35,317 nt of DNA from a virus (Duplodnaviria > Caudoviricetes). The notes below the pieces were generated by a model that was not told the DNA's origin, ran no database searches, and saw nothing but the letters and a program-made list of their open reading frames with translations. Position numbers and translations under genes: made by a program. The first letter of the stretch is position 1. Each line of letters begins with the position of its first letter. Shown here in pieces: positions 28,671-35,317 of the stretch. The stretch spans positions 1 to 35,317 of IMG/VR virus record IMGVR_UViG_3300033067_001225. One strand, given 5' to 3'.

Positions 28671-29206
28671 CCTAAATAAATATCTTCTTTTTGTAGTACT
28701 TCATTATAATTTACAACAGATTTATTATTTGCACTAAAACCCGGCCTTTGTAATGCTATATAAGGTTTGCAAAATTTATAATCTTTTTTTAAATTACAAA
28801 TAGCGGTATCAATATGCTCATTATCTGGAACACTTAAAAAGTGTGAATAAAAGTTTTTGCTAACTATATAACAATGAAATCCGCATATTAAATTTTGTGG
28901 TAAATATGAACAGGATAAATACACATCAAACTTTTCGGGTTTATTTTTTATGAAATATTCCCATGATGTACTACAAGTAAATGAACAATCTTGTTCAATA
29001 ATACAAACTTCATCCAATTTATTTTCTAATGCCCACCTTACTATCATTTTATGAGAGGCATTTATACTTTTCACTACACTATCTTTATCTACAATACAAC
29101 CCCAAAATTTATAATCAGTTATTCCCTGCTCTGAAAATTCTCTTAATAACCTTTCGTAATCTTCACTATGCCTGTTATCGTAAATAACATTAACTGTTAA
29201 ACCCAT
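28667..29206 (-). CDS. Glycosyltransferase, GT25-like
   Basis: SINASHKMIV (C..SH...W motif), VCIIEQD (ED-D motif variant), GFHCYIVS, EHIDT and LQRPGFS appear in GT25 order. Confidence 0.7.
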   Translation of the reverse strand: MGLTVNVIYDNRHSEDYERLLREFSEQGITDYKFWGCIVDKDSVVKSINASHKMIVRWALENKLDEVCIIEQDCSFTCSTSWEYFIKNKPEKFDVYLSCSYLPQNLICGFHCYIVSKNFYSHFLSVPDNEHIDTAICNLKKDYKFCKPYIALQRPGFSANNKSVVNYNEVLQKEDIYLG

Positions 29207-29748
29207 TCTTCAACATTTATAAAGTTGCTTACTGCTGTTGTGTGTGGTTTCCCTTCGGGAGTATAGTCTAATCGGTATTTAAAATTGTGGGATAAAATAT
29301 CAGAAAGCTGATACACATAGTCAGAACCTATTTCTGTGTCGTGTACTATAATTATACGGGATTTGTTTGCTAAATGATTTATAATCCCCTTTCTTAATTC
29401 AGCAGGCGCACAATCAATAAAACTAAAAACCGAATTTTCTGCATACAAAATCGCCAACCCATAATCATTTACAAATATTGTTTTAGGAAATTTATCTGCC
29501 CATTCTTTATTAGTTTCAAAAGAAAAAAAGTGTTTCCCCGATAGCATGTTATTATCAAACCTTCCAGCTCCTTTATAATATTCTGATAATAGTTCAGATG
29601 AACCGTACCCGCACCCGAACTCTATTCTTCCCCCGTTTATACTTTCGGTTTTTTCACAAGCCAAGTATAATAAAGGTCTATGGCTATCCCAATCATTAGT
29701 ACTTTCCCATTCTTTAGGACAGGGTATGTGTATTACTGTTTTTGTCAT
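29197..29748 (-). CDS. Class I SAM-dependent methyltransferase (Methyltransf_24-like)
   Basis: Motif I IEFGCGYGSS, motif II FSFETNKEW, FIDC and IIIVHDT. Confidence 0.75.
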   Translation of the reverse strand: MTKTVIHIPCPKEWESTNDWDSHRPLLYLACEKTESINGGRIEFGCGYGSSELLSEYYKGAGRFDNNMLSGKHFFSFETNKEWADKFPKTIFVNDYGLAILYAENSVFSFIDCAPAELRKGIINHLANKSRIIIVHDTEIGSDYVYQLSDILSHNFKYRLDYTPEGKPHTTAVSNFINVEEWV

Positions 29749-30014
29749 TGTTCATTAAATGTGTAGTTTCTAATTAAATCACTTGGCATCACCATATCAA
29801 TTTCCGATTCTGATAATTCATCAATCGTTTTTCTTATACATTCCATTGTGGTTGTTGGTGATTCTGAAAGCCTACCATACTCAAATACTTTATCTTTTGG
29901 TTGACTATCTACCCATTTCTTTCTTATATATTGGTCATTAGACGTTAGCCGAGCGATAAGCATTTTTTTACTCCACCCTTCATAGTTAGAAATATGATGC
30001 TGAATCTGTTCCAT
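29745..30014 (-). CDS. Hypothetical protein
   Basis: 89 aa with an ATGA overlap to the downstream gene. Confidence 0.65.
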   Translation of the reverse strand: MEQIQHHISNYEGWSKKMLIARLTSNDQYIRKKWVDSQPKDKVFEYGRLSESPTTTMECIRKTIDELSESEIDMVMPSDLIRNYTFNEQ

Positions 30015-30027
30015 AAAATAATCTGTT

Positions 30028-30585
30028 TTAGTTTATAAAATGTATTGCGGTTTTCCAACAATTACCTTCGTGATTAGTATGGTCAAGTTGTGGGAATATT
30101 TTTTGCTCAAAGTCTTTTAATAATTCTTCCCCTTTAGGACAATAAAAAACAAAATCTTGCATCCAATTATCCGTAATTAAAATCAATGGTCTTTTCAATG
30201 TTAATGCCTTTTCAATTACCTCATACCTGTACGCATCGTCATTAATAACAACATCGGGAACTACTACATTAAGTATTTCTAAATATTCTTTATCTTTCCC
30301 TTCGCAATCATTAACAGGTATATAATGGTAGGTTATATTTTCTACTTTATTGTTCTCTTTATTTGAAATACATACATCAAGCCACTCTTTATTTCTTTCA
30401 ACTACATGAAGCCACTTGCATCTTTTAGCTAACCAACAATCTCCCAAACCCGAACCAAACATTACAGTTATTTTATCGCTCAAGTCCATTCCCTTTATTT
30501 CATCCAATGCTCCATGAGTAAACCAACATTCAACTAACCTATTTTCGGGGTCAATCCTTTGTCCAAAACTTAATTCATTATTCAT
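30028..30585 (-). CDS. Class I methyltransferase-like protein
   Basis: VMFGSGLG (the motif I acidic residue is replaced by M), VVERNKEW, PDVVINDD.YR and LITDN. Confidence 0.65.
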   Translation of the reverse strand: MNNELSFGQRIDPENRLVECWFTHGALDEIKGMDLSDKITVMFGSGLGDCWLAKRCKWLHVVERNKEWLDVCISNKENNKVENITYHYIPVNDCEGKDKEYLEILNVVVPDVVINDDAYRYEVIEKALTLKRPLILITDNWMQDFVFYCPKGEELLKDFEQKIFPQLDHTNHEGNCWKTAIHFIN

Positions 30586-31034
30586 AATATTTCAATTTCG
30601 CACCATTCAATATTATCTGCCGAACAATTCCCCTTGTTGCCATCTTTGAATAGTATGTATTTATAACTGTTTGGATTGGGAATAAATGTTAGTGCTACTA
30701 ATTCTGCAACATCCCTTATTTCAAATTCTCCCTTACCATTATCAAGTCTTACCTTCATTCTCCCATCTTCACCTTTAAATGGTTCTACTATGGCATCTTG
30801 TTCTGCCGCCTCTAAATCATCTTCATAAAAAGCAAGGTAGTACCCATCGCTTGTTGCCAATATATTATCTGCTCTTTCAAATATTTCAATCCCATTACCT
30901 TCAAGTTCTTTTCTATACTCAACAACGGCATTAATTAAAGTCCTATCATGTATTTTACTTTTAAAAACTCTTTCACTTGGGATGCTTATAGGCATCTTTG
31001 TTATTATTATATTTTTAGGTTCTTTTATTTTCAT
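30582..31034 (-). CDS. Protein with degenerate C-terminal HNH_3-like domain
   Basis: VAELVALTFIPNPNSYKYILFKDGNKGNCSADNIEWC matches the HNH scaffold (HRLVA.TFIPNP....VNHKDGNK.NN..DNLEW), but both His residues are replaced. Confidence 0.7.
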   Translation of the reverse strand: MKIKEPKNIIITKMPISIPSERVFKSKIHDRTLINAVVEYRKELEGNGIEIFERADNILATSDGYYLAFYEDDLEAAEQDAIVEPFKGEDGRMKVRLDNGKGEFEIRDVAELVALTFIPNPNSYKYILFKDGNKGNCSADNIEWCEIEIL

Positions 31035-31855
31035 AACATTGATTTGTATTTTTCACAATATTCAACAAGCCAATTAAAATCATCATTAGGGTATTTCATT
31101 TTTAGTAGTTCCATTATGTTTGCAAAGTTCCCGTCAGTAAACCCATTCCTCCACAAATGAGCGTCCACTAATTCATCATTAACGTATGCTCTCCAATTAA
31201 TATCGTCCCTATCCACACGGTTATCTGCAAATTGTGTATTTGGTCTTGCTCTTTTATGGGTTATGAAATCAATATTGGATGTTAGATTAGCTGCTTTCGT
31301 TAGTAGTTCCCATATCGCTTGTTGGTCTTTGCTCCAATAGTTACCCCTCATATTTTCACACTCAATATCTCCTAACAAATTGTCTAAGTGTTGCTGATAT
31401 GTTCCTTCACCTATTATTTCTCTCCATGTTTTTACATACCCGCTAAGGTAGCATATCGGGAATTGTCCATCAGGCACTAAATCAACTCCATAAACATCAA
31501 TAATATCAGGAACGGCATCTTGAATATAGTTTTTTGAAAAATAGGCCATATCGCAATCTCCTGTAATTAAAGTGTCCGATTCATTCAAATTAGGTAATGC
31601 TGCGGCATATAATCTACTGCATTGTGCATACGTTGCTTCTTTATGTTCAGGTGCTTTAAAAGGATAGAATAAACAGTCTGCTCCATTCTTAATTAATGTT
31701 TCAGATATAAGGTTCATTTTATTTTCTTCTGCTCCTTTTTTTGATTCGGGAATAAAGCATATAACGCCTACACCTAATTTGTTCCAACAAAATGTTACGA
31801 TTGGAATAAAAAATAGATAAGTGTCCGAATAAGTTGAAGATATAACTGCTTTCAT
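31031..31855 (-). CDS. Putative GT-A fold glycosyltransferase
   Basis: 274 aa. ITGDCDM (DxD after a hydrophobic strand), a preceding SRLYAA helix, a WSKDQ motif and a late DAH. Confidence 0.55.
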   Translation of the reverse strand: MKAVISSTYSDTYLFFIPIVTFCWNKLGVGVICFIPESKKGAEENKMNLISETLIKNGADCLFYPFKAPEHKEATYAQCSRLYAAALPNLNESDTLITGDCDMAYFSKNYIQDAVPDIIDVYGVDLVPDGQFPICYLSGYVKTWREIIGEGTYQQHLDNLLGDIECENMRGNYWSKDQQAIWELLTKAANLTSNIDFITHKRARPNTQFADNRVDRDDINWRAYVNDELVDAHLWRNGFTDGNFANIMELLKMKYPNDDFNWLVEYCEKYKSML

Positions 31856-31858
31856 TAT

Positions 31859-32539
31859 TTATAAACTTTCTATAAAAAAAATAATTTGTTCGGGGTTAAA
31901 ATTTGTGTTTTTATAACTTACCATATCCAAACCTTTTTTATTACTTAATCCTAACTCCCATGCTGCAAGTGAAATACAACTTTGATCCTGTCTGTGGAAT
32001 AAAAAACGGGGGTCTGAACTTTGGTTATCATGCAACCTGCTCCCCCTGCTTAACCCCGCTTCCATTAATTGCTTCCATCTTTCATAAAGTTTTTTACCAT
32101 CGGGATTATCTATGCGTATGCCAACCAATCCGCTTGCCCATTCATTTACTGTTTCTGCTTTATCTCTACTTAGTCCTACTGCTGCAAGTGCTGTATCGTT
32201 TACCGATTGAGCAAGATTATAACCACTACTGAAAAAATAATACCCTTGTTCTGAAATAATATCAAAAAGTTTATCGGGATTATTTACAGCCCACATAGAA
32301 CTATCACACCATAGTATATGCGTAAAACCCTGTCTTATTGCTTCATCAAATGCAGCTATCTTCATGTAGTATGGGTAATCTTCGTGCTTATAACTTTCGG
32401 GAGGATATTCGTCAGCCCATATCAAAGTTTCCCCTGCCCAACCAACAAAGTTTAAAGACTTCTCTAACCTACGGCTTCCCAACCCGTACCAATTCCCCAC
32501 ACCGCAATTTATAATTACTGCTTTATTTATGTTTTCCAT
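31859..32539 (-). CDS. Putative GT-A fold nucleotide-diphospho-sugar transferase
   Basis: 226 aa. YYMKIAAF...ILWCDSS, ASGLVG and HRQDQSCISL motifs. Confidence 0.65.
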   Translation of the reverse strand: MENINKAVIINCGVGNWYGLGSRRLEKSLNFVGWAGETLIWADEYPPESYKHEDYPYYMKIAAFDEAIRQGFTHILWCDSSMWAVNNPDKLFDIISEQGYYFFSSGYNLAQSVNDTALAAVGLSRDKAETVNEWASGLVGIRIDNPDGKKLYERWKQLMEAGLSRGSRLHDNQSSDPRFLFHRQDQSCISLAAWELGLSNKKGLDMVSYKNTNFNPEQIIFFIESL

Positions 32540-32540
32540 T

Positions 32541-32663
32541 TTAAGTAAACCGTTTTTTTATGTTCTTAAATATCCAAACAAACACCGTTATCAATACAGC
32601 TACATAGAATAAATAACCTAATACGCTAAATGGGTCATTAAAATTAACTTTCGGAAATTCCAT
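32541..32663 (-). CDS. 40-aa single-pass membrane protein; not in the ORF track
   Basis: Manual translation gives MEFPKVNFNDPFSVLGYLFYVAVLITVFVWIFKNIKKRFT*, with a ~20-aa hydrophobic stretch and a basic tail. It fills the gap exactly and stops 1 bp before the next ATG. Confidence 0.7.
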   Translation of the reverse strand: MEFPKVNFNDPFSVLGYLFYVAVLITVFVWIFKNIKKRFT

Positions 32664-33312
32664 AACGTTCATTATGTGGTGATGAAATGTGAATGTATCT
32701 ATATAGTGGTTTATCAATGTGTATTTCGGATTGGATTAAAGGATGTAAGTCATTAGCGAATGCGTGATCTTCCCCGAAACGAATTTTTTGTATTGGCACA
32801 CTTTTAGCAAGTTCGGTTCTTATTACCGATTTAAAAAACGGGGTGCGGTGGAAGTGAAACCCATCGGGAAATATTGAATTACCGTCCCCTTCCCAACCCC
32901 TGTAGGTAGACGAATGATTGGACTTGTATTCCCTCCCATCCATATTTACATATTCCTCAAAACTTATCACATCAACTTCTGGATTACTTTTAATGGCTTC
33001 CAGTATTAGTTCTATTGCATTGGGGGCTATATCATCATCATCGTCTATTTGCCAACTAAATTTACCTTTTGCTATTTCATACAAAACCTCTCTTTTCTCA
33101 CCTATCGTTTTTTCTTTATTATCTAAATATCGTTGAATATGGACAGGGGGATAAAAAGAACAACTACTTTTGCCCGTTTCTTTCATTATTTTATTTATCT
33201 GCTTATGCTCAATATCTCGTATTTGGTTTCCTATGTTTGATAACAAATTATTATATTGTTCTTCCCTTCCAATAACAGTAGGTATAAGTATTGATAAAAG
33301 GGCTTGGCTCAT
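32644..33312 (-). CDS. Glycosyltransferase family 2
   Basis: LLSILIPTVIGRE, TIGEKRE..Y..AKGKFSWQIDDDD (DxD) and FGEDHAF. Confidence 0.85.
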   Translation of the reverse strand: MSQALLSILIPTVIGREEQYNNLLSNIGNQIRDIEHKQINKIMKETGKSSCSFYPPVHIQRYLDNKEKTIGEKREVLYEIAKGKFSWQIDDDDDIAPNAIELILEAIKSNPEVDVISFEEYVNMDGREYKSNHSSTYRGWEGDGNSIFPDGFHFHRTPFFKSVIRTELAKSVPIQKIRFGEDHAFANDLHPLIQSEIHIDKPLYRYIHISSPHNERYGISES

Positions 33313-33325
33313 AAATTAAACTGTT

Positions 33326-34069
33326 TTAGGTATAAGGGAATGTTTGTGATAAATAATGCTTGTCAACTATTTCTTCATCTTTTAAATCAAAGTTTAACTT
33401 TCTTCTTTTGTGAAAATTATCTTCATCTACCTGCCAATGCCCCTGTTGTTCGTTAAATAAATCATCACGCTCTAAATTATAATGGGTATATGCTGCGTTT
33501 TTGTGGATATACAAATGCGGTGTCCCAACATAGTAATATCTCCCTAACATTTTAGCCACACACATACTTTCATTATCGCACCATAGGGATAGGTAAGACG
33601 GATGATACAGATAATTAAAACGGTTAAAGTATTTACGGGTTACTATCAATAGTACATTTAAATATTCCCTTGCATCTAATTCGGGGAAATGAATAAGGAA
33701 ATCATCATCATTGTTGTTAATTATATTATACATCGCATCTCTCATAATATCGTCAAACCCATAAGTGGTTGCAAACTGATCGTTACTCCAAACAATACAA
33801 ACATCCCAATCATACACAGGCATACCCCTATTGATTGCGTCAATTTTTGACTTAGATAGCCCCCACCCTATTTTTACGTTAGGGTAGGTATTTATTTTTT
33901 CAATTACTTCGGGAGTATTTAAAATATCATCATCAGTATCTAAGGTAAGGCTTATTAAATAGTTTTCCCTATCTCTGATATTATCATTTAAACTATCAAG
34001 GCTTTGGAAAAACATTTCTTTTCTTCCCCGACACGGGAACTTAAAAAGTATTTTTAGTGGCTGTTGCAT
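33326..34069 (-). CDS. GT2-like glycosyltransferase
   Basis: KILFKFPCRGR, LDTDD, SKIDAINRG, VWSND (DxD variant), YLSLWCDNE and HKNA. Confidence 0.7.
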   Translation of the reverse strand: MQQPLKILFKFPCRGRKEMFFQSLDSLNDNIRDRENYLISLTLDTDDDILNTPEVIEKINTYPNVKIGWGLSKSKIDAINRGMPVYDWDVCIVWSNDQFATTYGFDDIMRDAMYNIINNNDDDFLIHFPELDAREYLNVLLIVTRKYFNRFNYLYHPSYLSLWCDNESMCVAKMLGRYYYVGTPHLYIHKNAAYTHYNLERDDLFNEQQGHWQVDEDNFHKRRKLNFDLKDEEIVDKHYLSQTFPYT

Positions 34070-34079
34070 TAAAATAAGT

Positions 34080-34400
34080 CTAACTGCTTTTTTGTGTGTT
34101 TTGTTTTTCGACTATTGCCCAAACCTGTCCTGAAAAATCACCTGTTCCCCTACCATCTATCCACCAATGTAGTTCGCCTTTATACGGTTGTGAAGTTCCA
34201 ACCCCTTTCGCATAAAGTATAACATCCCCTACTTTGTACTTATCTTCAAACTCTTTTGATAGTTCTACTATTTTAGCGGGAACTAATTCTGTATTCCCTA
34301 CCAATATAGCCCCACTACCTACTGTTTTATAGGTTTCATCCTCAATGGGAAGTATCAATATCTGCTTACCCATTGGGGTTAATTTTAATTCTGTACTCAT
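34080..34400 (-). CDS. groES: Co-chaperonin GroES (Cpn10)-like protein
   Basis: LTPMGKQILILPIEDE..KT..SGAILV (mobile loop), AKIVEL and YKVGDVILYAKGVGT...YKGE. Confidence 0.75.
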   Translation of the reverse strand: MSTELKLTPMGKQILILPIEDETYKTVGSGAILVGNTELVPAKIVELSKEFEDKYKVGDVILYAKGVGTSQPYKGELHWWIDGRGTGDFSGQVWAIVEKQNTQKSS

Positions 34401-34564
34401 TGTTTATTTTTAGTTTTTGTAAAGTTAATAGTTAATTCCTTTATCTTTCTTTCTATTTGTTCTTTTTGTTTTTCCTGTGAGGGAAAATATGGGTTTACTT
34501 CGTATGGTCTATTATACCATTGAGTGTATCGGTTAATCGTTTCCGTTATGTTTACTTCGTTCAT
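34397..34564 (-). CDS. 55-aa hypothetical protein; not in the ORF track
   Basis: MNEVNITETINRYTQWYNRPYEVNPYFPSQEKQKEQIERKIKELTINFTKTKNKQ*, with ATGA overlaps at both ends. Confidence 0.65.
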   Translation of the reverse strand: MNEVNITETINRYTQWYNRPYEVNPYFPSQEKQKEQIERKIKELTINFTKTKNKQ

Positions 34565-34815
34565 GCGTACTGTGAACTTGCTATTTGTGAGAATTTTTTA
34601 TCATTATACGGGGAATAATAAACTGTAAAACTATCGCTACCCTTTCTTAAATCTGTGGCAACATCATATTCTACGCCATCTAATTTAAAACGGGTTAAAA
34701 AGCAATATTGCTTATTACTATTTGACACTCTCCCTTTATTTATTACCGATAGACACATTTCTAATGCCTTACTATCGGGCAATTCACTTCGGTTATTTAT
34801 AATTATTCTACCCAT
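34561..34815 (-). CDS. Hypothetical protein
   Basis: 84 aa, co-oriented and closely packed. Confidence 0.65.
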   Translation of the reverse strand: MGRIIINNRSELPDSKALEMCLSVINKGRVSNSNKQYCFLTRFKLDGVEYDVATDLRKGSDSFTVYYSPYNDKKFSQIASSQYA

Positions 34816-34820
34816 GTTTT

Positions 34821-35317
34821 TTATTTTTCAACTTCAATATATTGTAATAAAATTTCAGGTATTCTTCTGCGTTCTATTTTTGCTATGTGAGGGAACATTT
34901 TGCAAAACTTAGTTACTATTTCATCCCAACAAGCCATTTCGGTTAAGTCAAGTATTTTATTGTCCATATTAGTATGGCAGGATTTCCCGTAAAAACATAA
35001 TTCAATAAAGTTTAACGGATGGGTTGAAATACTGGGAAAATATGCTTTGGGCAAGATATGTGCAACTGACCTTTTATATTCACTATCGTTATCCCTGCAC
35101 GTTTTTCCCTGACAGTTTGCACATTGTCCCGTCATTTCCCCTCTCCTATCTAAAAACCACCTGTTTAATTCAGCACTCCATTTTACCTCCTTATTTCCCT
35201 CACTCGAAACCAAACTTCTTACAGAACTTCTTACTGATTTTTTTATTTGTTTCTTCTCTTTAGGGGAACGGTTTGCCATAGACGCTTTTTCCTTTTCTAT
35301 TTGCGCTGCTCTTTTTT
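34821..35317 (-). CDS. Zn-finger HNH nuclease (NinG/Ref-like), probably 5'-truncated by the window
   Basis: CANC...AHILPK..FP...HPLNFIELC....CH motif. The frame stays open upstream of Met 35279 to the window edge (KRAAQIEKEKAS-M). Confidence 0.7.
   Translation of the reverse strand, partial: KRAAQIEKEKASMANRSPKEKKQIKKSVRSSVRSLVSSEGNKEVKWSAELNRWFLDRRGEMTGQCANCQGKTCRDNDSEYKRSVAHILPKAYFPSISTHPLNFIELCFYGKSCHTNMDNKILDLTEMACWDEIVTKFCKMFPHIAKIERRRIPEILLQYIEVEK

Noticed and set aside
1041-35263. Numerous plus-strand ORFs in the ORF track (e.g. 1041..1844, 4303..4740, 12918..13361, 15537..15992)
   Set aside because: All lie antisense to long, motif-bearing minus-strand genes. They show the F/S/L-rich composition expected of shadows of K/E-rich genes.
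1-35317. Stop-codon reassignment, known in some crAss-like phages
   Set aside because: Genes are full-length in code 11. TAG (9935, 26293, 34080) and TGA (24280, 24835) act as real stops closely followed by the next start.
1-35317. tRNA, rRNA, integrase or att sites
   Set aside because: Intergenic gaps are short and none shows a cloverleaf or T-loop motif. No recombinase or host genes are present, so prophage versus lytic status cannot be determined.

Overview
A 35.3 kb, AT-rich slice of a tailed-phage genome. Essentially every real gene lies on the minus strand in one tightly coupled run using the standard genetic code. Gene content and motifs fit a crAss-like (Crassvirales-related, podovirus-type) phage, probably of Bacteroidota. 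In transcription order (right to left) it holds an HNH protein, GroES, a cluster of about 5 glycosyltransferase-like and 2 methyltransferase-like genes, a NUMOD4-HNH homing endonuclease, a tandem-GroES protein, three tail ring proteins, the tail stabilisation (muzzle) protein, three ejected/cargo proteins including a 2826-aa giant, then probable TerS, TerL, portal, scaffold-like protein, major capsid protein and further structural genes. The most striking feature lies inside the giant gene. Four near-identical GC-rich direct DNA repeats (28-72 bp, 13617-15820), all in frame and encoding the linker AP(T/P)QYTEAAGVSGSALKD, separate unrelated modules: a zincin metallopeptidase module, an unknown domain and an ART-PolyVal-like ADP-ribosyltransferase. 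This looks like a repeat-bounded, exchangeable effector-cassette array within a virion-injected polyprotein. All family assignments come from motif recognition by eye, with no database searches.
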